Source of the DNA: a virus | IMG/VR virus record: IMGVR_UViG_3300045988_162215 | Length of the DNA stretch: 64,000 bases | Strand: one strand, 5' to 3' | Shown: in pieces, positions 18,114-28,082 of the stretch | How the letters are laid out: each line of letters starts with the position of its first letter | Position numbering within the stretch: position 1 is the stretch's first letter | Program-made: the position numbers and the translations under genes | Notes under the pieces: generated by a model | Told to the model about the DNA's origin: nothing | Seen by the model: only the letters and a program-made list of their open reading frames with translations | Databases searched by the model: none

Positions 18114-20444
18114 TTAAAGTTTAACTACTTTAGAGACATTTCCTTTTATTAGGATATTGCCTACTGCGGTTTTGCCTAACATTGGAATATCTTTTGTTGA
18201 AATACATAAAGTTTTATCTCCTACTAAAAGAAGATTATCTTCATCAGCAATCATTTCTGAACCAACAATATCTGCACCTTTATATATTATAATACCCTTT
18301 CCGCCACGACCTTGTAATGGAAAATCAGATAATTCCATCTTTTTACCTAAGCCATCTTTACCAATTATAGCGATTGAGTCTGTTGTTTTATGAACTGGAA
18401 GAATATTCTCTACTTCATCATTTTCAGAAAGCTTAATTCCCTTAACTCCAGAGGTTAATCTTCCAATAGGATTGATAGACTTGGTTTCAAAATGAATTGC
18501 ATATCCGCCCTTCGTAATAAGAATTACATCCTCTTCATCTAAGAAAGTTACTCCAACAACAGAATCTCCTTCTTTTAATTTGATTGCTGCAATTCCATTA
18601 TTTCTATTTGTTTTCATATATTCTTCAATATATGTTTTCTTAAACAAACCTTGTTTAGTTACAAAGACTACATATTTTGCATTTGTCTTTCTATACAAAG
18701 AACTCATTGCAATAACTCTTTCATCATTTTCAAGATTAACAATGGTATTGATTGCAATTCCTTTTGAAGCATTTGTTCCGGTTGGAATATTATCAACAAT
18801 AGTCCGATACATTTTTCCCTTATTTGTAAAGAACATCAATGTATCTACTGTATTTGTAGAAATCATTTCCATAATGCTTTCGTCTGCGGATTTCACACCC
18901 TTGCCGCCACGTCTCTGAACTTTAAAACTACTTGTAGGAACTTTTTTAATTAACCCATTTTGAGTTAATGTAACTACAACGTTCTCAGGAATTACCTCTG
19001 CAATTTCTTTTTCTTCTGGTTTTACAGAAATTTGAGCTAACTCTGTTCTACGATTATCGCCATACTTATTAACAATAGCAGATAAATTATCCTTTATCAT
19101 AGATAACTGTCTTGCATGATTTGTTAAAACATCCTTAATATCTGCAATTTTATCAACTAATTCTTTCTTTTCATTCTCTAATTCAACCTTCTCCATATGA
19201 GCTAAACTAGATAATCTCATAGCAAGAATAGATTTAGCTTGAATTTCACTAAGGCTATACTTTGTTATCAATGCTTCTTTAGCTTTTGCTGAATCAGAAG
19301 ATTTCTTAATTAAAGCAATTACGTTATCAATATCTTCAAGAGCAATCAATAACCCTTCAATAATATGAAGCCGATCTTCTGCTTTATGTAAATCAAAGTT
19401 TAATTCTTTTTTAAGACAATCTATATTATGGTCAACATAAATCTTACAACAGTCTTTAAGATTTAATTCAACAGGTGTCTTATCAACAAGAGCAATCTGA
19501 TTATAACTAATAGAAATTTGAAGTTTTGTTTTTGCAAATAATTTATTTATTAAACTACTTGGCTCAATTCCTTTTTGGCATTCAATAACTACTCTGATAC
19601 CTTTCTTGTTACTTTCATCTCTGATTTCACTAATTCCTTCAATTTCTTTATTATTACAAACCTCTGCAATATTTGCTAATAAATCTTCAATAGTAACTCC
19701 ATATGGAATTTCATAAAAAACAATTTTATTCTTTTCAATATTATATTTCCCACGAAGTTTAATGCTTCCATGTCCAGTTCTCATAATATTTGGAATATCA
19801 TTTTTGTTGATAACAATTCCACCAGTAGGGAAATCTGGTCCTGGTAACATTGGCTCTTTGCCATCAATATAATCATAAATTGCATTGGCTACTTCTTTAA
19901 GATTATGCGGCAACCAATTACACGCAATTGCAACACCAATTCCTGTATTTGGATTGCACAAAAGATTTGGAAAAACAGCTGGTAATGTAATTGGCTCTTC
20001 ATCAGCATCATCATATGTTGGGGTAAAATCAACATTTTTTTTCTTAATACCCGCCAGCATACCATCTTCTGTGATTTTCGCAAGTCTAGCTTCTGTATAA
20101 CGCATCGCGGCTGCGCCATCACCATTTTGATTTCCACATGAACCATGAAAATCAATAAGTGGATATCTCATAACCCATGGCTGCGCAAGTCTAACTAGAG
20201 CGCCGTATATACTCGAGTCTCCATGAGGATGGAGCGAGCCCATTACATCTCCAACAATTCTAGCGCACTTTACATGCGCTTTATTGCTTGTTCTTCCACC
20301 TACATATGAACCCCATAAGATTCTTCTTGCAACTGGTTTAAGTCCAGACTTAGATTCTGGGATTGCTCTATCTGTATTAACTGATACTGCATACTCAATA
20401 AAGTTAGTACCTAATTCATGTAAGATATCATTCTGCATTTCCAA
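18114..20444 (-). CDS. type II topoisomerase subunit A (GyrA/ParC-like)
   Basis: HPHGDSSIYGALVRLAQPW and active-site AAMRYTEARL. Confidence 0.85.
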   Translation of the reverse strand: MEMQNDILHELGTNFIEYAVSVNTDRAIPESKSGLKPVARRILWGSYVGGRTSNKAHVKCARIVGDVMGSLHPHGDSSIYGALVRLAQPWVMRYPLIDFHGSCGNQNGDGAAAMRYTEARLAKITEDGMLAGIKKKNVDFTPTYDDADEEPITLPAVFPNLLCNPNTGIGVAIACNWLPHNLKEVANAIYDYIDGKEPMLPGPDFPTGGIVINKNDIPNIMRTGHGSIKLRGKYNIEKNKIVFYEIPYGVTIEDLLANIAEVCNNKEIEGISEIRDESNKKGIRVVIECQKGIEPSSLINKLFAKTKLQISISYNQIALVDKTPVELNLKDCCKIYVDHNIDCLKKELNFDLHKAEDRLHIIEGLLIALEDIDNVIALIKKSSDSAKAKEALITKYSLSEIQAKSILAMRLSSLAHMEKVELENEKKELVDKIADIKDVLTNHARQLSMIKDNLSAIVNKYGDNRRTELAQISVKPEEKEIAEVIPENVVVTLTQNGLIKKVPTSSFKVQRRGGKGVKSADESIMEMISTNTVDTLMFFTNKGKMYRTIVDNIPTGTNASKGIAINTIVNLENDERVIAMSSLYRKTNAKYVVFVTKQGLFKKTYIEEYMKTNRNNGIAAIKLKEGDSVVGVTFLDEEDVILITKGGYAIHFETKSINPIGRLTSGVKGIKLSENDEVENILPVHKTTDSIAIIGKDGLGKKMELSDFPLQGRGGKGIIIYKGADIVGSEMIADEDNLLLVGDKTLCISTKDIPMLGKTAVGNILIKGNVSKVVKL

Positions 20445-22347
20445 CTGCCTCCTGACTGTGCGCCTTGATATACTCTTTTCTTGCTACAATGCCCGTTCCC
20501 ATAAGCTGTTCAAAAAGTACATTTGTTGCTGTTGTATCTTCAATAGTAATCTGTTTAATAATTCTTTTATCTGGGTCTGTAAGCGTTTCAGCTGTCTCAT
20601 CTACGTCCATCTCACCAAGACCCTTCATTCTTCCAACCTGATACTTCTTCCCCTTATTCTTTATACGATAGTCATCTAATGCTTCATCATTTTTAAGATA
20701 AATATATTTATCCTTACCTTCTGTAATTTTATAAAGAGGAGGTACGCCTGCATAGATATATCCATCTTCAATTAGCTGCGGACAGAAATTCCAGATAAAG
20801 GTATAAAACAGATTCTTTATGTGGCTTCCATCAACATCGGCATCACTCATTATAATAATCTTGCCATAACGCAAATCAGACTTTGAATACGTTACTTTCA
20901 TTGTCTTTGGATCAATAGTCAAACCAAAAGCATCAATCATTGTCATAATTTCTGCATTTTTTTGAATCTGTGCAAGTGTAGCCTTCTGACAATTAAGAAT
21001 TTTACCTCTTACAGGCATTACTGCTTGAAACTCATTATCTCTCGCGGTTTTGAGATTACCTGAAGCTGAATCTCCCTCTACTATGTAAATCTCACATTTG
21101 CTTCTATCCTTTGAGTAACAATCTGCAAGTTTACTATCAAATTTAAGAACCTTCTCTTTCTTCTTTTTGTCTCTATCACGAACAGCGTCTCTAGCTTTTT
21201 TCGCGGCTTCCCTTGCTTTGCGCGCGCTAATCGCCTTATCCGCAATTACCTTTATCTCTTTTTCATTTCCCACAAGCCAGGTCTGGAGATTCTCAACAAA
21301 TGCCGCGACTTCACTCTTACAATCCATAGACACAACTCTTGTTTTTACCTGTGAATCATATGCAACATTAGGACAAGTTGCATTGAACACAATAAACAGT
21401 CCTTCTTGAATATCATCACCAGATAAATTTTCTTCGCTATCTTTTATCCATTTCTTTTCTCTAAAGAACTTATTCATTTCTCTTGTTAATGATGCTTTTA
21501 ATTGAGTCTGAATTGGACTTTGCTCAACCAAACCCGCATTTACATAACTAACAAAAGTAGATGAATAATTAGATGTATAAGTTAAAATTAAATCTAATTT
21601 ATACTTACCATCTACAAACTTTACATTCATTCTATTGTTAATAATTTCTTTATTGCCAATCATATCATCGGCTAAATCATCAAGACCATTCTTTGAATAA
21701 AAAGTTGTTGTTACTCCATTATCTTTTAACACAATAGTCAAACCGGGACATAAACAAACAATAGTCTTAAACAAAGATTTCAATTTATTAACTTCTGGTT
21801 CTGGATGTGTAAAAAATTCTTTTGAAGCTTTCCATGAAACAATAGTTCCAGATTCTTTTGTCCAAGGACCATGAAATCTCTCTGAAAATTCACCTTCATT
21901 AAAAACTATTTTTTCATATTCATTATCTCTATGTGTCTCTACTACCAACCAATTACTAAGGAATGTAGTGATTTTAGAACCTATACCAAAGGAACCTAAT
22001 GAAGTTCCTTCATACGTTCCATCTTCTCTATATTTTCCAGATGTATTTAAAACGCTAAAAGCTGCTTCAAGAATAGTCTTTCCATCTTCTCTAAATGAAT
22101 TAGGAATAAAACCTTGACCGAAATCTCGAACAGTTACAACATCTTTATCAATTTCTACATCAATTTCATTACCATGTCCAAGTCTAAATTCATCAACTGC
22201 GTTTGACACAATCTCTACTACTAGTTGAGTTGAGTATGTAGTATCACCTGCATAGACTCCTGGACGAAGACGAGTAAACTCTAATGGAGTTAAGCTTTCG
22301 ATAGATTTATCATCATATAAATTACTCATCTGTATAACTCCTTTCAT
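20428..22347 (-). CDS. type II topoisomerase subunit B (GyrB/ParE-like ATPase plus TOPRIM)
   Basis: IVEGDSASGNLKTARD...VMPVRGKILN and PLYKITEGK. GHKL ATPase N-terminus. Confidence 0.85.
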   Translation of the reverse strand: MKGVIQMSNLYDDKSIESLTPLEFTRLRPGVYAGDTTYSTQLVVEIVSNAVDEFRLGHGNEIDVEIDKDVVTVRDFGQGFIPNSFREDGKTILEAAFSVLNTSGKYREDGTYEGTSLGSFGIGSKITTFLSNWLVVETHRDNEYEKIVFNEGEFSERFHGPWTKESGTIVSWKASKEFFTHPEPEVNKLKSLFKTIVCLCPGLTIVLKDNGVTTTFYSKNGLDDLADDMIGNKEIINNRMNVKFVDGKYKLDLILTYTSNYSSTFVSYVNAGLVEQSPIQTQLKASLTREMNKFFREKKWIKDSEENLSGDDIQEGLFIVFNATCPNVAYDSQVKTRVVSMDCKSEVAAFVENLQTWLVGNEKEIKVIADKAISARKAREAAKKARDAVRDRDKKKKEKVLKFDSKLADCYSKDRSKCEIYIVEGDSASGNLKTARDNEFQAVMPVRGKILNCQKATLAQIQKNAEIMTMIDAFGLTIDPKTMKVTYSKSDLRYGKIIIMSDADVDGSHIKNLFYTFIWNFCPQLIEDGYIYAGVPPLYKITEGKDKYIYLKNDEALDDYRIKNKGKKYQVGRMKGLGEMDVDETAETLTDPDKRIIKQITIEDTTATNVLFEQLMGTGIVARKEYIKAHSQEAVGNAE

Positions 22348-22365
22348 ATTATTTTTAATATATTT

Positions 22366-22394
22366 ATTATATCATATTTCTATTTATTTGTCAA
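22366..22394 (-). promoter_or_regulatory. promoter TTGACA-N17-TGATATAAT (perfect -35)
   Basis: Upstream of the gyrB-like gene. Confidence 0.6.
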
Positions 22395-22928
22395 TCTCAT
22401 TGCATAAAAGAACTTAAAATCTTTTTTATTAAGAAATTCGTTTTGATTTAATTTAGCACATTCTCTCATTGCTCTATCAATAAACCTCATTGTTTTTGGT
22501 GCAATAACAGCTACTTTCTTTTTTTCATTCCACCAATCAAGTTCTTTCTTATAAGAAAAACTCTTTCCATTATACGCTCGACCAGCGCCCATAAAATCAC
22601 AAAACATTTCTACTGCATATCTATATGGCATCTCAACAGGTTGAGTTCCCTTTTCAAAATTATCACACCAATATTCCCAATGATGTTTGTTGCGGCCTCG
22701 GTGATGGAACCACGCATTTGAATATCCTTTCTTCTTCTTACAAGCATCAATAGGAGAATAAGTTCCTTGATAATATCTTACACTTTCCCAAAATTCTGTT
22801 GGAGAGAATTTTGATAAATCATGTAAAATTCCTTGAATAGGTATTCCCGCTTTAAAACAATAATAACCTACCCAATATTTATGAATACAGATTTTTTTAA
22901 AATGTAAATAAATATTCTTCAATTTCAT
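22380..22928 (-). CDS. hypothetical His-rich protein
   Basis: HDLSKF...WFHHRGRNKHHWEYW. No confident family. Confidence 0.35.
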   Translation of the reverse strand: MKLKNIYLHFKKICIHKYWVGYYCFKAGIPIQGILHDLSKFSPTEFWESVRYYQGTYSPIDACKKKKGYSNAWFHHRGRNKHHWEYWCDNFEKGTQPVEMPYRYAVEMFCDFMGAGRAYNGKSFSYKKELDWWNEKKKVAVIAPKTMRFIDRAMRECAKLNQNEFLNKKDFKFFYAMRLTNK

Positions 22929-22980
22929 TTTTGTTTTATTTTTTTCTCCTTTAATAGTATAACCTAAAATTTTTTGGTTG

Positions 22981-23205
22981 TCAATATTTCTTCACAATTT
23001 GAAGTGCCATATCATTCATAGGCATTACTAAAATTTCATTTTTTGGGAAAAACTCTTGTACCGTTTTTGCATATTTTGTCCCATCAACAAAATCAATTTC
23101 ATCTAAATTAACATGAAGTACAACTACGTCTCCCGGATTAACTGATAAAGTATTCAAACTTAGCTTTAGAGAATTGTTATTGATTACTTCTATACTTTTT
23201 ACCAA
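22981..23205 (-). CDS. hypothetical protein
   Basis: ORF with promoter upstream. Confidence 0.35.
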   Translation of the reverse strand: MVKSIEVINNNSLKLSLNTLSVNPGDVVVLHVNLDEIDFVDGTKYAKTVQEFFPKNEILVMPMNDMALQIVKKY

Positions 23206-23268
23206 ATTTCTCTTCTCCTTTCAGATTTTTTATTTATCAGTAGAACCTTATTTTTTAATTCTATATAA

Positions 23269-23297
23269 ATTATATCATAAAATTTGATAATTTGCAA
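23269..23297 (-). promoter_or_regulatory. promoter TTGCAA-N17-TGATATAAT
   Basis: Upstream of 22981..23205. Confidence 0.5.
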
Positions 23298-23320
23298 GGG
23301 GTCTATTAAAAATTGGAGTT

Positions 23321-23353
23321 AAAACAAAAAAAATAAGGGAGCATAAAGCTCCC
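23321..23353 (-). terminator. intrinsic terminator after the endolysin gene
   Basis: GGGAGC-TTTAT-GCTCCC plus TTATTTTTTTTGTTTT. Confidence 0.55.
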
Positions 23354-23364
23354 ATTATTTTATA

Positions 23365-24435
23365 TTAAACTCTTTTTGTATAGTCCAGGCAAATCCATCC
23401 TGCACCTGACTTGAGTTTTCCCCAAGATCCAGATTGCTCAACAATAGTATAGATACCCTTATCCCTAATCACTGTCGTGACTTTGTAGCCTGCACTTGGA
23501 CCAGAACGAACATTTAATGCACCTGTCGTTACTTGAACTTTGAATTCAGTAGAAGATTTAGCTCCTATTAACTCATTTATTTTTGTAATAGTATGTTTAC
23601 CGGCTTTACCATCTACACCAAGTCCATATTTCTTTTGGAATGTAATAACAGTATTTTCAGTAGCTCCGCCAAAAACACCATCTGTTGCGATATTTGTTCC
23701 TAATATTTTATTTAAATCAGCCTGGAGAATCTTTACATTAGATCCTGAAGAGCCTTTCTTTAATAAAATATTTGTAGGAAGCGCGGCAACCAAGCTTGAT
23801 GGAGTAGGAGAAGCTGGCTGTGAAGGTGCTACAGAACCGCCAGCCGCGCCTAACAGCTTATTAACCTCATTTGCAATATATCCTTGCTTATTATATAAAT
23901 ATTCACCTGGACATGCTTTAGCTGAAAACCATCTGTGAACTGTCATATTCTGCTTATCGACCTGTCCAATTAAAGACTTGTCACCTTGCCATTTTAATTC
24001 TTTAATATTATTTCTTTTACAAATATCAGCACAAAGTTTTATTAAAGAAGCCATTGCAGCATCAGAAACATGATATTCAGGACCTGGGCCATCATTAGCT
24101 ACTTCTATTGTTATTGCTCTATGATCATTTGCTCTATTAGAAGATGCCCAACTTCTATCTTGTTCTTCTACGTACATTCCAATTCTACCATCTGAACCAA
24201 TACCATAGTTAGAACTTGCTTCAGATCTTTGGAATACTTTTCCTATTGTTTCGATACTTAAATTGCCATCTACAACATGGATAGTAATAGTATCAATAAT
24301 ATGATTTCTAGGTACAGTACGATGTGGGCTAATTAAGGTATAAGCAACTAAATTACTATTACTCATCGCTTTCATCTCCTTTATCATCTTCAAGATTTTT
24401 GAAAAAATCTTCTGGTAAATCATCAATGTTATCAA
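23365..24435 (-). CDS. endolysin: N-acetylmuramoyl-L-alanine amidase (Amidase_2/PGRP) plus PG_binding_1 plus SH3b
   Basis: TIHVVDG...SNYGIGSDG...HRAITIEVAND amidase_2. LKKGSSGSNVKILQADLNKILG...DGVFG PG-binding. C-terminal SH3b-like GYKVTT...GSWGKL. Confidence 0.85.
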   Translation of the reverse strand: MITLMIYQKIFSKILKMIKEMKAMSNSNLVAYTLISPHRTVPRNHIIDTITIHVVDGNLSIETIGKVFQRSEASSNYGIGSDGRIGMYVEEQDRSWASSNRANDHRAITIEVANDGPGPEYHVSDAAMASLIKLCADICKRNNIKELKWQGDKSLIGQVDKQNMTVHRWFSAKACPGEYLYNKQGYIANEVNKLLGAAGGSVAPSQPASPTPSSLVAALPTNILLKKGSSGSNVKILQADLNKILGTNIATDGVFGGATENTVITFQKKYGLGVDGKAGKHTITKINELIGAKSSTEFKVQVTTGALNVRSGPSAGYKVTTVIRDKGIYTIVEQSGSWGKLKSGAGWICLDYTKRV

Positions 24436-24490
24436 TTACTTGTAATGTTTCATTATCCATAATTCATTTTCCTCCTTGTAATTTATTACA

Positions 24491-24524
24491 ATAAAAAAGA
24501 AAGTAGATATAACTATCTACTTTC
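24491..24524 (-). terminator. intrinsic terminator after the phoH gene
   Basis: 11-bp hairpin GAAAGTAGATA/TATCTACTTTC plus TTTTTTTATT. Confidence 0.55.
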
Positions 24525-24535
24525 TTAAATATCTC

Positions 24536-25804
24536 TTACATATTTTGTGCTAATTCAGCAATTCTTGAACGGTGAATTTTATTTAATGTTATTTCAGAAT
24601 AGAAAGGTTGTCCTTTAAATACTTCTGATACCCTTCTCATTCCATTATTAGCGCCTGCATATAGTGCAGAATCAACTTGAGCATTAGAATCTCCATCAAG
24701 AATACAAATACTATCTTCTCCAATTCTTTGGAGTGCGAGCCGCATTAGTTCGATATCAAGATTTTGTGCTTCTGTTATATAAATACCGGCATGCATTCCT
24801 GTGGTATCAAAACCTCGGATATCAGACATAGGTAACAAAAGAATATCTCCTTCTGCAAGAAGTTTCTCTACATAAACCCTATCTCCTATTTTACTATTTA
24901 AAAAGTTGCCGATTTGAGAATCCATTAACTTTTCATCTCTCGAGCCTGGATAAAAACCTAATTTAGCTGAACCTTTTGTTGCTACAGTGTTACAGAAAAT
25001 AATTATTTTATCAATAATTCCTCTTTCATATAAGTCAAATAAATAAGCAAATGAGAGATATGATTTACCACTTCCTGCGGGACCGCGTAACATACAAAGC
25101 TGGCTGTGCTGTAGTGCATCCAAAGCCGCGACCTGATATGGATCTTTTCCGGTTACTTTACCAAACTGTCTTGTATTTAAAACTGGGAAATTAAATTTTT
25201 GATATTTATTATCTCTATAAACAAAACTATCAATAATTTCATCATTATCATTAGTAATAAATAAATATTCATTTTCTAATAAATTATATTTATTATCTCC
25301 TAATGTATAAACTTTACTATAAAATTCTGCTAGTTCTTCTTCGGTCATTTGAATCTTCTCATAACCGCAATACTCTTCTTCCTCTTCTACGATAGTGTTG
25401 ACTGTTAAACCTTGAGAACTTGCTAATAAAGAACAGTTTAAATCTTTAGTAGAGAATACTAAAGTTTCGTCTTTTTCAAGATAATGTTCTTTAGCATAAC
25501 ATGCAGAACAAATAATTTTTAAATCATTATTGATTGGAATACCTGTTTTTAACGCCAATTTCTCTATTATGCTATTATAAAGAATTGCAACATATTTATC
25601 AGTTTTTTCTGATAAAAGGCGAGTTACTATTCTAGCTTGATACTTTATATCTTCGTCTTTATTACTTGAAGTTTTTATATTTTCTAATTCTTCAAGTGTA
25701 ATAGAGGAAATAAAAAATTTTTCATCTTTATTAAAGATATTTTTTGCATCGTGTAATAATGCACAAGTATCATAAAACATTACTGTGGTCTTAATAATAC
25801 TCAC
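24536..25804 (-). CDS. phoH: PhoH-like ATPase with N-terminal PIN domain (YlaK-like)
   Basis: N-terminal FYDTCALLHD (PIN). Walker A GPAGSGKSYLS. Confidence 0.75.
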   Translation of the reverse strand: MSIIKTTVMFYDTCALLHDAKNIFNKDEKFFISSITLEELENIKTSSNKDEDIKYQARIVTRLLSEKTDKYVAILYNSIIEKLALKTGIPINNDLKIICSACYAKEHYLEKDETLVFSTKDLNCSLLASSQGLTVNTIVEEEEEYCGYEKIQMTEEELAEFYSKVYTLGDNKYNLLENEYLFITNDNDEIIDSFVYRDNKYQKFNFPVLNTRQFGKVTGKDPYQVAALDALQHSQLCMLRGPAGSGKSYLSFAYLFDLYERGIIDKIIIFCNTVATKGSAKLGFYPGSRDEKLMDSQIGNFLNSKIGDRVYVEKLLAEGDILLLPMSDIRGFDTTGMHAGIYITEAQNLDIELMRLALQRIGEDSICILDGDSNAQVDSALYAGANNGMRRVSEVFKGQPFYSEITLNKIHRSRIAELAQNM

Positions 25805-25861
25805 TCCTTTTGTATAAAATTATTCCTCACGAAATATAAAAAATCGTGAGGAATGATTAAC

Positions 25862-26350
25862 TTATTTTGTTTTATTCTGTTTCTTTTTTCTGTCAATAGC
25901 ATTAGTTACAATATCTCTCTGTTTAATAGAGAAGAAAATATCATCTTCAAGGTCAAGCTTTTCATTCTTTAAATTATTTAATTTTCTAGTAAGAATATTA
26001 AACTGTCGATAGAAAATCTTTGCGGATTTTTCTTTAGGATCCCAACCTTTTGTTGATTGGCAAGCTGCAAGTAGATTCTGGTATATCTTAAACTGCTTTT
26101 TTGTATCTGCAATTTCATAAATTAAAGCATTACGAACTGCCCGCTTATAAGCAATAGTCGCTCCAAAGAGATAACTTTTTTTCTTATTATCTTCTGGATG
26201 AACAAAGCACTTTCCTCTAAAAAGCTTATTCTTATAGCTAATTATAACATCTGTTCCATTAAAAGAATCGCTCCATCCTTCACTTACAATATGAAATTTT
26301 CGTTCAATAAACTTTTTCATTATATTATCTCCTTTATAAATAGTTTTCAC
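25862..26350 (-). CDS. hypothetical protein
   Basis: ORF only. Confidence 0.35.
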   Translation of the reverse strand: MKTIYKGDNIMKKFIERKFHIVSEGWSDSFNGTDVIISYKNKLFRGKCFVHPEDNKKKSYLFGATIAYKRAVRNALIYEIADTKKQFKIYQNLLAACQSTKGWDPKEKSAKIFYRQFNILTRKLNNLKNEKLDLEDDIFFSIKQRDIVTNAIDRKKKQNKTK

Positions 26351-26894
26351 ATTCTTTTACCTTTGTAAAAATTTCTTCAATAATATCATCCAATAAAATT
26401 GGAGTTGAATTATGTGAATCTACTCCTACATGATACATATATGGTCTATCTTCATAAAAGTTGGTCTGCTGGTGCGTGTGACCGAACAAATTGATCACAC
26501 ATTGTTTGATGCTTTTGTCACTAAGATTCGCGGTTAGGGTTGGAAAATGAGAAAGATAAAAATTCATTTTTTTATACTTAATCATAGTTGCCCACCCCTC
26601 CAAAGTTACATTAGGAAGGGTGTCATAAAGTTTCCATCTAGCATCTGTATCATGGTTTCCTCTAATAATATGGATATCTCCGTTTAATTTTTTAAGACAA
26701 TCCATACCATTTGTGCTATTTCCGAGCATAACATCGCCTAAATGATAAACAGTATCTTCTGTAGAAACTACTTCATTCCATTTCTTAATAATATCTGCAT
26801 CATTTTCCGCGGCACTGGCGTACCCGCGCGGACCCCAAATAAATTCTCTATCATGTCCAAAATGAGTATCGCTCGTAATCCAAATCTTTCCCAC
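26334..26894 (-). CDS. calcineurin-like metallophosphoesterase (phosphatase)
   Basis: SDTHFGHD, GDVMLGN, GNHD motifs. Confidence 0.7.
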   Translation of the reverse strand: MGKIWITSDTHFGHDREFIWGPRGYASAAENDADIIKKWNEVVSTEDTVYHLGDVMLGNSTNGMDCLKKLNGDIHIIRGNHDTDARWKLYDTLPNVTLEGWATMIKYKKMNFYLSHFPTLTANLSDKSIKQCVINLFGHTHQQTNFYEDRPYMYHVGVDSHNSTPILLDDIIEEIFTKVKECENYL

Positions 26895-27407
26895 TTAATT
26901 CCACCCACTTTCTAAAATATATCTCTTAATTTCGCCATCTTCTTCAACAATATTTATTGCATCAAATCCTTCTTCAAATTTTGGAATAGTGAAGTTATTA
27001 AACATATTTTTAATAGCATCTTCTGGAACTAACTCTCTTCCAATTCTATGAGAATTTCTTTCTAATGCTGTTTCAAGACTTGTTCTTAAAACAATAGCTT
27101 CAACCTTAACACCTCTAAGGTTCACACCTAAAGAATTAAGTAATTTAAGGCGACTGCCCTGATTCAGATGTGTAGCATCTGCAACTGTAACATCATAATC
27201 TTTAAGTCCTCTTACAATCTCTTCAATAAAAGTCTTAAAAACCTTTTTCTCCTTAGAAAAATACTCTTCGTCTTCTCTAACAATAGAAAAACGAACCTGA
27301 TCTCTAGATACAATTTTCCAATTACTCTGACAATGAGTGTTGATAAATGTAGATTTTCCAGATCCTGGAATGCCAACCATTACATATAATATTTTATTTT
27401 TTGTCAT
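26895..27407 (-). CDS. P-loop kinase, polynucleotide-kinase-like
   Basis: VGIPGSGKSTF Walker A. Size and order (kinase then phosphatase) resemble Pnkp kinase modules. Confidence 0.5.
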   Translation of the reverse strand: MTKNKILYVMVGIPGSGKSTFINTHCQSNWKIVSRDQVRFSIVREDEEYFSKEKKVFKTFIEEIVRGLKDYDVTVADATHLNQGSRLKLLNSLGVNLRGVKVEAIVLRTSLETALERNSHRIGRELVPEDAIKNMFNNFTIPKFEEGFDAINIVEEDGEIKRYILESGWN

Positions 27408-27669
27408 TATAAACCAACTCCTTTAATTGACCATATGTTCTTATACGATTACCATTTTCATCAAAATTATGATTTTCAAATTCAAATAGAAAATCATTAT
27501 AAGTATAAGAACCTTTACACTCTACATGATTAACTTCTTTTTGACACTTTAAGCAGAACAGCTTTTTTAAATGTCCACCTTCGCGTTCTGCGCCTTTCTT
27601 CCTAGGAATGGGAATCCCGCGGCTGCCGCACGCAGTACAATATAAATCTGATATTATTGTTTTTATCAT
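27394..27669 (-). CDS. zinc-ribbon protein
   Basis: CTACGS...CLKCQ. Confidence 0.35.
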   Translation of the reverse strand: MIKTIISDLYCTACGSRGIPIPRKKGAEREGGHLKKLFCLKCQKEVNHVECKGSYTYNDFLFEFENHNFDENGNRIRTYGQLKELVYNDKK

Positions 27670-27678
27670 TATATATAA

Positions 27679-27984
27679 TCAACTCCTTTGTATTTCATAT
27701 GTTAATCCTTTTATATGTATTACTTTTTTATCTTTTACATAGTGATTCCAAAATTTTGCACCCAAGCTATCTTTTGAAGTAAGAGTATATCTAAGTGATT
27801 TATTAGGAAAAGCCATTAAAATATCATCGACAATAGATTTTCCATATCCTTCACCTCTATGGTCTTTATTAACTTCAAAATATTTACAATAGACATAATT
27901 TTCATGTTCTACAATAGTAGCATAAGCTATTCTAGTGATATTTCTACGATTTACAAACTCATAAATATTAAAAGTTTTTTCCAT
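27679..27984 (-). CDS. small GNAT-family acetyltransferase
   Basis: HRGEGYGKSIV motif region. Confidence 0.45.
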   Translation of the reverse strand: MEKTFNIYEFVNRRNITRIAYATIVEHENYVYCKYFEVNKDHRGEGYGKSIVDDILMAFPNKSLRYTLTSKDSLGAKFWNHYVKDKKVIHIKGLTYEIQRS

Positions 27985-28024
27985 ATAATTTTATCAACCC
28001 TTTCTTTATTCATATTATGTATAT

Positions 28025-28053
28025 ATTATATCATAAAATTTATAAAAAATAAA
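28025..28053 (-). promoter_or_regulatory. extended -10 promoter (TGATATAAT, weak -35 inside terminator U-tract)
   Basis: Upstream of the GNAT gene. Confidence 0.4.
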
Positions 28054-28078
28054 GTGGCAGGAATTAACCTGCCACTTT
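28043..28078 (-). terminator. intrinsic terminator after the RNA ligase gene
   Basis: AAAGTGGCAGG-TTAATT-CCTGCCACTTT plus ATTTTTTAT. Confidence 0.55.
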
Positions 28079-28082
28079 AATC